Virus record (IMG/VR): IMGVR_UViG_3300025103_000058
Coordinates: 1-39,858 of that record
Length of the DNA stretch: 39,858 nt
Reading direction: 5' to 3' (one strand)
Source of the DNA: a virus
Taxonomy: Duplodnaviria > Caudoviricetes
Shown: positions 18,630-29,300 of the stretch, in pieces
Layout: every line of letters starts with the position of its first letter
Numbering within the stretch: the stretch's first letter is position 1
Notes under the pieces: generated by a model
The model's database searches: none
Told to the model about the DNA's origin: nothing
Seen by the model: the letters and a program-made list of their open reading frames with translations, nothing else
Program-made: the position numbers and the translations under genes

Positions 18630-20342
18630 ATGTCATATCATAACGGACTTAATAAAGCAGGGCTAAGCAAAAGAAACGCTCAAGGACAAATAGCTCCTCC
18701 TGGATATCATTATATGCCAGATGGTAGTTTAATGCTTGATTCCGAAATGCCAATACAGGGAAAGGTTATCAGGTCTTTTGACTTAGATTTATCAGACTTA
18801 CCAGCTACTAGTGAACGTAGACGTTTTACTATATCTGGAGATAAAGGAGCAGAGTTTAAATTAGAAATTAAAGATAATACCACTGGATATTACTACAACT
18901 TCGTGACAAATGCTTTTCAAGCTGATGCCTCAAATTTAGAAGAGAAAATATCTAGCAACTCGTATAGTGGAAGTATAACTTTCCCAGCGGTAACAGGTGG
19001 TGATGATCAATATGATATTTATCTTTATGCACAACCAGGTACAGAACATGCTGCTTATAGAGAAGTTAGATTTGGAGACGGTTCATTAGATATTAATAAT
19101 TCTACGGGGTCTAGTTCTCTAGTGATGCAAAAAGTTATATATCAGTATGATGCTTTAACGTTGACTTTACAGGGTTATTCACCTAATAGTACAGTTGCTG
19201 GAACTATGGCAACAGACACTATTTCTATTAATAGAGGTAAACCTCAAGCTAAAACAGCTTTTAGTTTTACAACAACCGCCGCAACGACAGCTGCTTATAG
19301 AGTTTTAAAGCAACCAGTGGAAAGTGATGTTATAGCTTTTATAGAACCGGTAATTGGAGCCGCTCCAATAGATTTACCAGGAGAAAACATCTACCCAACT
19401 GTGACAGCTCATGATAATACCAACGCTGTTATGTCGAGTACCACTACGGTTACAATGACTCAAACAATTGAGGATTTGGAAATTAAAGTTGGTGATAAAG
19501 TTATACAAGCAACAGGTCCATATTTTGCTAATTTAGTTACTGTTGTTGCTATCACTGGTGGTGGACTTAACGCGTACCAATTCACAGCTTCAGAAGCCGT
19601 GTCAATTGGGAGTGGTGTTAGACTAAACTTTTACAATCAAATGAATTATAGTTGGCCTATAACTAAGGCTAATTTAATAAAACCAGGCATGATAGTTGTA
19701 CCAAATACTGATGTTACAGCGGATACCGTGGTTGGTGCATACGAAGATAAGATAACAATATTTGAAGGTACTAAAGATGAAAAAGTAATTATCCAAAATG
19801 CAAGACCAGCTATAAGTACAGTTGGTAAAACCCCAACAATAGTAAAAGGATTAATAACAGCTCAAGACGGTGAAGTTGTTTTTGACAAACAACAAGCTCT
19901 AGCCCTAGCTGGAGATACTTTGAAACTTGGTGGTTATGGAGAAAATGAAATATCAAGAGTTTATGGTTGGGAAGTTAGGTTTACAGATCTAGCTATCGCT
20001 TTAACCGCGCCCACAACTACAACATCTGGAGCTGTTAGTGCTAGCGCTACAATAGGTGTAGCTAGTAAAGAGGGTATTATCAATAATGTTTCTAGAATTG
20101 GTGGGATAGGTATTAATTCAAAACTACAAAATCCACTTATAACAGCTGGTGGAGGTGCTACTGGTAGTGGTAATTTAACAGCTGATGCTGCTCAAACGTT
20201 AGAAAGTGGTGTTACATTAACTGTAGAAAATACAAGTAGAATTGCAACTATAACTGGTAATATACAAATTGTAAAAGCAGGTACCGCAAGTCAAACATTA
20301 AGATTCGATGTTGAGAAACTGCTTTCTACATCAGCTCCATAG
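18630..20342 (+). CDS. Putative tail fibre/structural protein (T/G/A-rich, beta-rich)
   Basis: 570 aa, rich in Thr, Ala and Gly. N-terminal APPGYHYMPDGSLM motif. Last gene of the tail block. Confidence 0.5.
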   Translation: MSYHNGLNKAGLSKRNAQGQIAPPGYHYMPDGSLMLDSEMPIQGKVIRSFDLDLSDLPATSERRRFTISGDKGAEFKLEIKDNTTGYYYNFVTNAFQADASNLEEKISSNSYSGSITFPAVTGGDDQYDIYLYAQPGTEHAAYREVRFGDGSLDINNSTGSSSLVMQKVIYQYDALTLTLQGYSPNSTVAGTMATDTISINRGKPQAKTAFSFTTTAATTAAYRVLKQPVESDVIAFIEPVIGAAPIDLPGENIYPTVTAHDNTNAVMSSTTTVTMTQTIEDLEIKVGDKVIQATGPYFANLVTVVAITGGGLNAYQFTASEAVSIGSGVRLNFYNQMNYSWPITKANLIKPGMIVVPNTDVTADTVVGAYEDKITIFEGTKDEKVIIQNARPAISTVGKTPTIVKGLITAQDGEVVFDKQQALALAGDTLKLGGYGENEISRVYGWEVRFTDLAIALTAPTTTTSGAVSASATIGVASKEGIINNVSRIGGIGINSKLQNPLITAGGGATGSGNLTADAAQTLESGVTLTVENTSRIATITGNIQIVKAGTASQTLRFDVEKLLSTSAP

Positions 20343-20372
20343 TAAAAAAACCGGCAAAACTGTGACTATTAT
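20341..20372 (+). promoter_or_regulatory. Putative phage promoter AGTAAA-N15-GTGACTATTAT
   Basis: Intergenic. Same architecture and spacing as the site at 33472. Confidence 0.5.
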
Positions 20373-20393
20373 AGGTATAAATTAAATTAAATT

Positions 20394-20891
20394 ATGTCTA
20401 AAAATGAGTTGCAAAAAATATTTGACAATACTCCGGCTAAATCCTATAAAGATAAGGTAAAGCAAATTGAGGATTACTTCGTGAGTATTGCTGATGGAGA
20501 GAACATTATAGGTACTGGGAAAGAAATAATATATCCAGAGCATCTGTGGGAATATAAGCATTCTTTTGCTGATGGGGTTTATATTAGAGAGATGAGAATG
20601 AAGAAGGGTCAACTGGGTTTTTCAGCAATACATAAACACAGTTATGGATTCTTCTTACTATCAGGAATACTAGCATCGTCAAAAGAAGATGGTGTTGAAG
20701 AGTTTATAGCACCGTGTTATATTATATCACCACAAGGAGCAAAAAGAATTGTGTACGCGGTAGAAGATTGTGTTATAACAACTGTACATGCAAATCCCAC
20801 TAATACAGAGGATTTAGATGAATTAGCAAAAATAAACGTAGTGTTCAATTGGGATGAGTACGAAGAATATTTAAAAGAAAATAAATTATGA
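20394..20891 (+). CDS. Cupin-like domain protein
   Basis: HSFADGVYIREMRMKKG...IHKHSYGFFLLSG...ITTVHAN pattern of phage cupin-fold proteins found before ejection genes. Confidence 0.6.
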   Translation: MSKNELQKIFDNTPAKSYKDKVKQIEDYFVSIADGENIIGTGKEIIYPEHLWEYKHSFADGVYIREMRMKKGQLGFSAIHKHSYGFFLLSGILASSKEDGVEEFIAPCYIISPQGAKRIVYAVEDCVITTVHANPTNTEDLDELAKINVVFNWDEYEEYLKENKL

Positions 20892-21712
20892 TAAATTTAA
20901 CAGGCATAATGTCACCAAATAACCACATGGATAGAACATGGGGCGCAATTGTCGTTGGTGCTATTGGAGCTGGCGTTAGCATATATAATGCTAGTAAAAA
21001 CAGAGGTATCGCTGAAGATGCTGCGGCAGATGCTGATGCACAACGTCAAAAGGAACAAGCTGCTTTAAACAAACAAAAAGCCGAATATAAACGTATGAAG
21101 TTTACAAATCCATTTGCTAACATGGAAAACGTGTACGAAGATCTAACTGTCAACCAACAACAAGCTCAATTTCAAGCGCAACAAGGTTCTCAGCAGAGAG
21201 CTAACATAATGCAGAATATGAAAGGCGCTGCAGGTGGTAGTGGTATAGCAGGTTTAGCTCAGGCACTAGCAAATCAAGGTGCGTTACAAACCCAACAAAT
21301 ATCAGCTTCAATAGGTCAACAAGAATCAAGAAATCAAATAGCAGCAGCTAAAGGTGCGGCAGCTATTCAAACTTACGATAGACAAGGTCAACAATGGGTT
21401 CAACAAGCTCAAATGGATAGACAAGCTACTTTACTTGGAATGCAGATGGGAGAAACTACAGGTGCTAATTTAGCAAACCAACAAGCTATGGCAAACCAAA
21501 TGAATGCTCAAATCGCTCAGAACGACGCTATGACAGGTATGTTTAATGTGGCTGGGCAAGCCGCTGGTCAAATAAATTGGGGTGGTAGCGCAAAAGTTGC
21601 TGATCCAAACGCAACGAACCCTGGTGCAGGTGAATATGGATATGGTGGTGGAGTGACGAACCTTCAACAAGAGCCAGTAAAACTCGATCAGTATGGTAAT
21701 CCTATTCCTTAA
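20888..21712 (+). CDS. Internal virion/DNA ejection protein (P22 gp7-like composition)
   Basis: Hydrophobic N-terminal segment WGAIVVGAIGAGVSIY and a Q/A/G-rich helical body. ATGA overlap with the upstream gene. Confidence 0.6.
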   Translation: MINLTGIMSPNNHMDRTWGAIVVGAIGAGVSIYNASKNRGIAEDAAADADAQRQKEQAALNKQKAEYKRMKFTNPFANMENVYEDLTVNQQQAQFQAQQGSQQRANIMQNMKGAAGGSGIAGLAQALANQGALQTQQISASIGQQESRNQIAAAKGAAAIQTYDRQGQQWVQQAQMDRQATLLGMQMGETTGANLANQQAMANQMNAQIAQNDAMTGMFNVAGQAAGQINWGGSAKVADPNATNPGAGEYGYGGGVTNLQQEPVKLDQYGNPIP

Positions 21713-21731
21713 TAAACAAAACAAATAAAAT

Positions 21732-23294
21732 ATGGCAGCAGATAGTACATTAGTAAAGGCAGCGTTTAGCGAGGCTACATCAAGAGCTGGAGTAGACGTT
21801 CCAAATCTAAAACCTTTATACGATAGTAATACAGAGAACATGAAATCTTACTTAGGTATCGCTACAGATGCTATGACAGAGTATAAGGTAGAAAAAGAAA
21901 CCTTAAGACTTGGTAAGAACGCGCAGTTAGCTGAGTTTAAAAAAATCATGGATAAAAACTATGAGAAAATCGTAAAGAGAAAAGAAACAATGCCTCAAGA
22001 GTTGGTTAACGCTGTTGATGCTGAAGTTAAAAGATTACAAGATGAATTCGAGGCTGTAAATACTTTTGGTAAAGGTGATAACGTTGAAAACGAAAAGGCT
22101 AGAACAAGGATAACAGCGGATCTACAGAGAGTTATTAGTGAGGCTGTAGACGCTAGAACTACATTTCAATTGTTAAGTGAAAATAAAGCTGCTTGGCATA
22201 CTAACGCTATTAAAAGCGAAACAATAGCCCCGATGATGTTAATGATGGATTTAGATAACATGGACATGGACGATAACGTTTCGGTATCATTTGTTGATGG
22301 TAAACTAACTTTTAACGCAAAGAATTACTCACAGGTTGACGACGGTTTTGGTAACATGGTTATGGGTGGAGATATGAGTTACAACCTAAGCCAAATGAGG
22401 GAAAACCTACCAACAATAAATGCTAAAAAACAAGGTGCTGTGGTAGATATTTATAAAACTAGAGTAGCTCAAGCAAAAATAGACGCTGAAAATGGTGGTA
22501 AACCAATACTTAATGATGAAGAACTGCTGTCAAATATTGAAGTTTTAATTGACACAAAAGAAGATTTTAGAGATTTAGCGTTAACTAGAATTGACGGTGT
22601 TAATAGAGAATCTTTAGTATCGGCATTGCAAAATACTAAACCAGGAGAAGGAGCGTCTATATCGTTAGATCTTTTAGAGTCAACTTTTTTAACAACATTT
22701 CAATTAACAGATGTTGACAAAGATGGTGATATTGATCTTCAGGACATGGAGGCCTTACCTGAAGCGGATAAAGCGCTTTTTAAAGAAAATTTTGATAAAA
22801 TGGTTAATGTACTAACAGATATTACTGATGATAACTTTGACTTAGAAAGATCAAAAAAAGTTTTAGTAAATCATTTAAAAAATGATATTACTAGTAGATA
22901 TGAGTATACATTCCAAGGGTTTGACAAAGCTATACTTGGTAAAGTTGAGGGTAATGCTAAAATTGGAAGAGGTGGTTTCTTATACGATCCAGCAAAAGGT
23001 ACAGAAAGTTATGTTGGTTGGAGGATGAATAGAGAAGGTAATGTTTTATACGACGATAAAGCTGTTGCTAAAAAAATTAAAGCTGGTGAAGCGTTTACAG
23101 ATCCTTGGCAGAACGAGTACGTGCCAGTATTGGATAATAATGGTAAGGTCGTGGGGTATAATGTAAGAGATGGTGCTACTGGTCAACTTATAACAAACGA
23201 CGAAGAGGTAGAAGGTGTAGTTATTACTGGCCAACCTGTTTTCTACACTAAGGTTAACGCTAGAAGAAACGCTGTTGGAGTAAAATATGATTAA
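21732..23294 (+). CDS. Putative internal virion protein
   Basis: 520 aa, helical, between the small ejection-like gene and the giant gene. Contains an EF-hand-like loop DVDKDGDIDLQD. Confidence 0.5.
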   Translation: MAADSTLVKAAFSEATSRAGVDVPNLKPLYDSNTENMKSYLGIATDAMTEYKVEKETLRLGKNAQLAEFKKIMDKNYEKIVKRKETMPQELVNAVDAEVKRLQDEFEAVNTFGKGDNVENEKARTRITADLQRVISEAVDARTTFQLLSENKAAWHTNAIKSETIAPMMLMMDLDNMDMDDNVSVSFVDGKLTFNAKNYSQVDDGFGNMVMGGDMSYNLSQMRENLPTINAKKQGAVVDIYKTRVAQAKIDAENGGKPILNDEELLSNIEVLIDTKEDFRDLALTRIDGVNRESLVSALQNTKPGEGASISLDLLESTFLTTFQLTDVDKDGDIDLQDMEALPEADKALFKENFDKMVNVLTDITDDNFDLERSKKVLVNHLKNDITSRYEYTFQGFDKAILGKVEGNAKIGRGGFLYDPAKGTESYVGWRMNREGNVLYDDKAVAKKIKAGEAFTDPWQNEYVPVLDNNGKVVGYNVRDGATGQLITNDEEVEGVVITGQPVFYTKVNARRNAVGVKYD

Positions 23295-23315
23295 TAAAAT
23301 TAAATTACATTACGT

Positions 23316-26300
23316 ATGTTAGAAGAGTTATATCAAGGTTTATATGATGATGGTTATTTTTACGGTAGTTTCGAGCAATTTCAAGAGAAATTTAAAGACT
23401 TAGATTACAGAAAAACACTACACGCTGGTATTGTAAATGATGGTGATTTTACAGGTGACTTTAATACTTTCGAAAATAAGTTTACTGTAAATAAGTTTAC
23501 TGGAGCAGCCACTGAAGTCCCTGCGTATAACCCAGAAACTATCTTATCGTCATCAGACTACGCTTCACCACTAGATGTTGTTGGTTATAACATCGACGCT
23601 CACACTAGTTTGTTTAATAAAGGTGAAGGAGAGGCTGTAAGAAAGTTAAAAGAGTTATATCCTGGGTTTAATTTTGAAGAAGTAAGGTTGGGATCTAAAG
23701 AAGGTAGTGGATTAGATGCTGTTGAAATTTCTACTCAAGACGGTAAACACTCTGCTACATTTGACATGAATATTGGCGGTTTAAATCTTTACAGCAAAGG
23801 AAAGAAATATAAAAGAAAAATCCAGCCACGTGAAATTATTGATGAAAATGGAAAAACTACAACGGTTGCCGAAGAATACTTTAGTCCGATTATTGAAAAT
23901 GGGAGGACAGTAGGATACAAATCATCGATAGATGATAAACAATATACTGAAGCAAAAGTAAAGAAAATAGCGACACCTATGTCTCCGGGTTTAAGTGAAG
24001 AAGAAGGACGAGATAGATCTTTTAATATCCTCAAAGATTTTGTTAACAAATATTCTACTGATGAAAATTGGGCTGCTCAAGACGCGGCTAAAAAAGCAAG
24101 GAGAAAAACTTGGGAAGATATAAATGCTTGGAGAGATAAATTAGCCGCTGAAGAAATCACAGAAATAGAAAAGAAGTTTAAAGAAGGCACTTTGTTTGGT
24201 AAAGAGATAAAAACAAAGATAGCGAGCTCTGGTGTTAGTACTATGGGGGTGGGAAGCGGATCGTCTGTTCAAAAATACGAAGTACAACTTTATAAAGAAG
24301 AATTAGAAAGAGCTTTAAAAGATTTAAAAGCGGAGTATGAGGCCGATGGCAACAAAAGCCAACCAACTACAGAAGAAGTGCATGAAAGAGCTTTAGAGTA
24401 TGTTATAGATAGCGTTCAAGAAAAAGCGTTAACTGAAATTATAGAAACAGATGGCTACCAACATAATTATTCTTATAAGATAGGTGGAGATGGCGGTAGA
24501 AACAAAGCTACAAAAGCTGAAAAATACACGATAGCAGCTAAAGAGTTTGATGTAGACTTTAACAAAGACTATTCTTTACTCACGGCTAAAGCTTTGGAAT
24601 TAGACAATGGTGTTGAAATTACTAGATTTAATGAAATAAACTCTCAACTAGAAGATCCTGATTTTGTGTTTGATATTATGCCTGGTGAAAGTGTAGTTAC
24701 ATTACAAGGTGGTAGACAAATTCCAGAAAGAATATTTAATGAATTTAAGGGGCTTAATGTTAAAATCAACAACAAAATCAAAGCTTTTAAGTCGTTTCAA
24801 GAAAAAGTAATGGAAAAAGCTGTTCAGTACAGTGACAACGCTGCTGCTATTGATATTGCTAGAAGAAATTATAATGGTTTAGAGAAGTTCTTAACAACTA
24901 TAGCTTTAGGTACTACTGAAATGTTTTTTAACGCTACTATCGGTATGAATTTAATGGGTGGTGGGGAGAATAAAGATGCTATTGAATTCCTATCTGATTT
25001 TAAAACATCAACCTCAGAAATTAGAGAATCTTATGCTAAAGATGTGGAGTTTGACAATGCATTTGATTCTCTTACTAATTTTGGTACATTTATGGCTCAA
25101 GAAATAGCTAATCAAATACCTGTATTTGCAGCTTTAGCAATACCTGGTGTTGGAGCGGCTACTCTTGGTTTAAGTGCTTTTGGAGAGCACTATACTGATT
25201 TATCTATTGAAAGAAATTCTGAAGGAGGAAGACAACTTTCTAACGCGGAGATGTGGTGGATGAGTGCTGGTTTCGGTGCTTCTGAATTAGTATTTGAATC
25301 TTTAACTACAATTCCATTGCTTAAAGCTGCTAAAAGAGGTTTCTCAATTACACCTGGTAAAAAAACATTGTTAGACCAAACAGTGGGTAAGTACTTTAAA
25401 AAGAACATTGGTAAAACAGTATATGGTATAGCATCAGAGCCTATAGGTGAGGGTATGACGCAGTTAACTCAAAATATTATAGACGGAAAACCACTAACAC
25501 AAGGATTAGATCACGCTATGTTTTCTGGTCTTATGTTTGGTACTACTTTAAGTGTAGCTCCATTTGCTAGAGGTTTATATTTATCTCAGTTTAATGATCA
25601 TGCCGCTAATATAGAGTATAGACAACGTGTTGATAAATTGAAAAATCTTAACAAGACAAACTTAAATATAAAAATAAATTTAAAAGCTGGTATTACTAAC
25701 GCTGGAACGCAAGCTGACATAAACAACAACAATAAAATAATTGCTGATTTACAGGCTGAAAACGAAACACATGTTAGAGAACAAGAGGCCCTTGTCAACA
25801 GTTTAAGCGACGATGCTACAAAATATTATTTTGCACTAAACTCTGAGTTAGAAGGTATAAAAAACGAGGCTATTGAGGTTGATAATAATACCACCTTAAC
25901 AGATCAGCAAAGAAACGATAGATTAAAAGTTTTACAAGTAAAGTTTGATTCTAAACAAAGACAAAAAGATTTCTTTAGAGATAAAAACGCTTTTGGAAAT
26001 GAGTGGGACGCTTACTCTGGTTTAGATGAAAACGCTGATGACGTAGCTGCTTTAAAAAAGCAAGCTGGCGATGATTTAGTTAATGTTAACTTAGAAGCAA
26101 CTAAAGGTCGTAGAAAAGAACCAACAGAAATAGAAATAAACCAAAGGGCTAAATTTTTATATAACGTTAGAAAAATTAAAAGAGATCATGCCGCTAACTC
26201 AAAAGCTGGTTTAACAAATACCAAGTTGTTTGAGACAAATGAGGACGCTATAGCTTGGGTTGAAAAACAAACAAACATATCTGAGGCTGCTAAAGCTGAG

Positions 26301-29300
26301 TTTTTTAAGGGGGTAAAAGATGGTAACGTTCACGGTGCGAATATTCCAACACAAGACGGGCAAGTGCCTTTTATTGTTGCCAACAACATGGCTATGGACG
26401 ATAGGTTGGAAACAAGAACGCATGAGGTTGGACACTCTGTCTTTGTAAAGGCTATTGGTTCTAATCCAGCTGCTTTTAAAGAGCTAAGTGGACAAATAAC
26501 AGAATATTTAAAACAAGCTAATCCAGCAGCATACAAAAGATTACAGTTTCGATTAAATCAAGCTGGTGCTATTAAAGATAAGTTATACGATGAAACTATA
26601 ATGGTATTCTTAGAAGAGGTTGCTAGTGGTAAGGTTGATATAGCTAAATCAAAACAAGCAGGGTTTTTAGCTAACCTTATGAATAAAGGTATTGAAAAAG
26701 TTGGTGGTAGAAAAATTGACTTAAAAGGAGAGACAGATGCAATTAACTTTTTAATTGGAATAGCTAAGAAAATTAAAGCTGGTACTATTGACACAAAAGA
26801 TATACAGGCAATTAGAGAAAATAGAATTGCTAAACAAGCTGCAGAATCCGCGCCTAAAACTAAATCTGAACCTGCAACTAAGTTTTCTAAAAATCAAACA
26901 AACGCTGTAAACGAATTAGCTGACATGGGTTGGACTAATAAAACGTGGAAAGAACAAGGCGCTGACTTTGCTATCAAAGAAATGCAAAGCAATAAAATGC
27001 TTGATGGTTTAATACGATCTAAATATAAAGCTGATATCGTTCCGGATAACTTTGTTGACTTAGTTTACTCTGAGTTAGTTAACCATGTTAAGAATTTTAA
27101 GCCTGAACAAAATGACAATCTATTTGGTTGGATCAACTCTCAAATAGCTAATAAAGCTGGTAACGTTTACAACAGAGAGTTTAAGGTTGCTGACGAAATG
27201 AAAGGCGCTAAAGATATAGGCAAGACAACTAAAGAAGGTGAAGTAAAAGTTCAAGTTGCGGCTGAAAAATCTGCTGAGATGGAGGCTTTTGAAGAGGAAG
27301 ATTTATCAATCGAAGGTCAAGCCAAAAAAGAAAAAGCTGATAAACAAAGATACTCTGAGTTTAGAAAAAAACTAGGATTTGAAACTGGTAGTAAAATATA
27401 CAACGAGGTATTAGACAACGTTAAGAAAAGTTTAATGATGGCTTATAGTACTACTCAGAACATTACAGATGTTCAGTTGAGAGCAAAAGCTATTGCAGCT
27501 AAACTAAAAAAGGAATACGCTAATCTTAACAGTCCTTTGTTTAAGCAAATCAAAAACTTCTTAACTTATGGTGTTGCTGACGTACACGTGAAAAGAGGAA
27601 CAAAAGACACATATATATCTAATCTTAAGAAATTTAGAGAAGACATCGTTAAAAATATATCTACAGCGGATTTAGTTCAAATGGAAAGAAACACTCCTGA
27701 AGCTGATAGAATCTTTACAAATTTTGTTAAGACATTAACCTCTATAGAGCAAGTACAAGATGCTGTAAACAGAGAGCAATTACCACCAGAAGCTTTAAAC
27801 AAGATTACAAAAGATAAGAAAACAGGTAAAGGTGCTTTCTCACCTTCTCTATATAATAAAATAATGCCAACAGAAACTGAATTGGTAAGTTGGGCTGATC
27901 AACCAGGTATTAATCCAGTCACTGGTTCAAGACAAGGTTTAAAAGGTACTAGAAAAGATGGTATTGCAATGCGAATGGTTAATGGTTTAGTTACCGATGC
28001 AATCATGGAAGCTAGACAGTCTGAAGAAGTTCAAAGTAAGATTGCTGAAATGGACATCGACCCAGGAAGTGTTGCTGAATTAGGCGCTGCAATTGGTAGA
28101 GAGGTTAATGTTAAATTCTCTAAGAGTAACGCGATAGGAGACATCTCAGCAGCTATAGACGGTACGGGAGACGTTAACGTGTATTCTCAAATTAAGTTCT
28201 CTAAATCTCACAGAGAAGCTTATGAGAAGCAATTAACTAAGAGAAGACCTGATCTTACTGAAGATCAAAGAAAAAATGCTGTTCAATCTGTATTTGACTT
28301 TGTAGATGGTAAAGAAATACCTAATCATAAGAAATCTAAGTATGAGAAAATGGCTATGCACTATACAGCCAACGGCTTCTTAATACTACCTGAAGATGGC
28401 TATAAAGTTATAGAAGCTGAGAGAATAGCTACTCAGAAGAAGATAGATCCATTCTCTTTCAAAAATCCTAACGAATTAATAGAAACATTTGTTGGAGAAG
28501 TTAAAGGTGCTAGAACTAATCCTGATAAAGTTAAAGCTTTTACTAACAAAACAGAGTTAACCGACGGTGTTACGATTTACGATGTTGAAGATTCTAAACA
28601 GGGACAAAAAGATGTTAGAAAAGTAATTGATACTCACTTTGGAAAAAAATCTAATCCTTGGTGTTTAGCTGCTAGGCAAGAACAAGTTGGCATGGAAGAA
28701 ACTATAGACGGCCGCGAGAATGCTATAACGTTTAGAGATGGTTTAATTGACGAGGGTTATGTGATAGAGGATTTCAGCAAAGTAGAAGACTATGGGGAAG
28801 GTGAGTATTATAGAATAGAATTTACCTCTAAACAAAAAGGTGAATTAGGTCAAGCGTGGCAACATTGGAAACAATATAATCAAGAAGGTAACGGTCATAA
28901 GATAGCTTTTCATGATGGCAAATTAATTGCTTTTAGAGATGGTAATAACATGGAATGGTGGGATAGAAATGATAAATCTACTAACGCCCCTGTGATTAGA
29001 GGCAAGAAAGATAAAGATGGTTTCAAACCAGTATCATTGGTATATAAAAATAAATCAGAAGTAATACGTTATGAAAAAGTAACTGGTGATAAGAAGAATG
29101 GTACCATTACACTAAAAGATGGTGATGGTGATTTTATCTCGCAAAAGACTAAAAAGAATGGTAGAACTGATGGAGTGAGTATTGAGGTTGATAATAAAAA
29201 TAAAAGATCAAATAATTACAACCTCAAAAGAACGCAAAATTTTAAAGAAGGACAAAGGTTAGACTTTAAAGAAGAAAGAACTTATAATAACCCAATAGCC

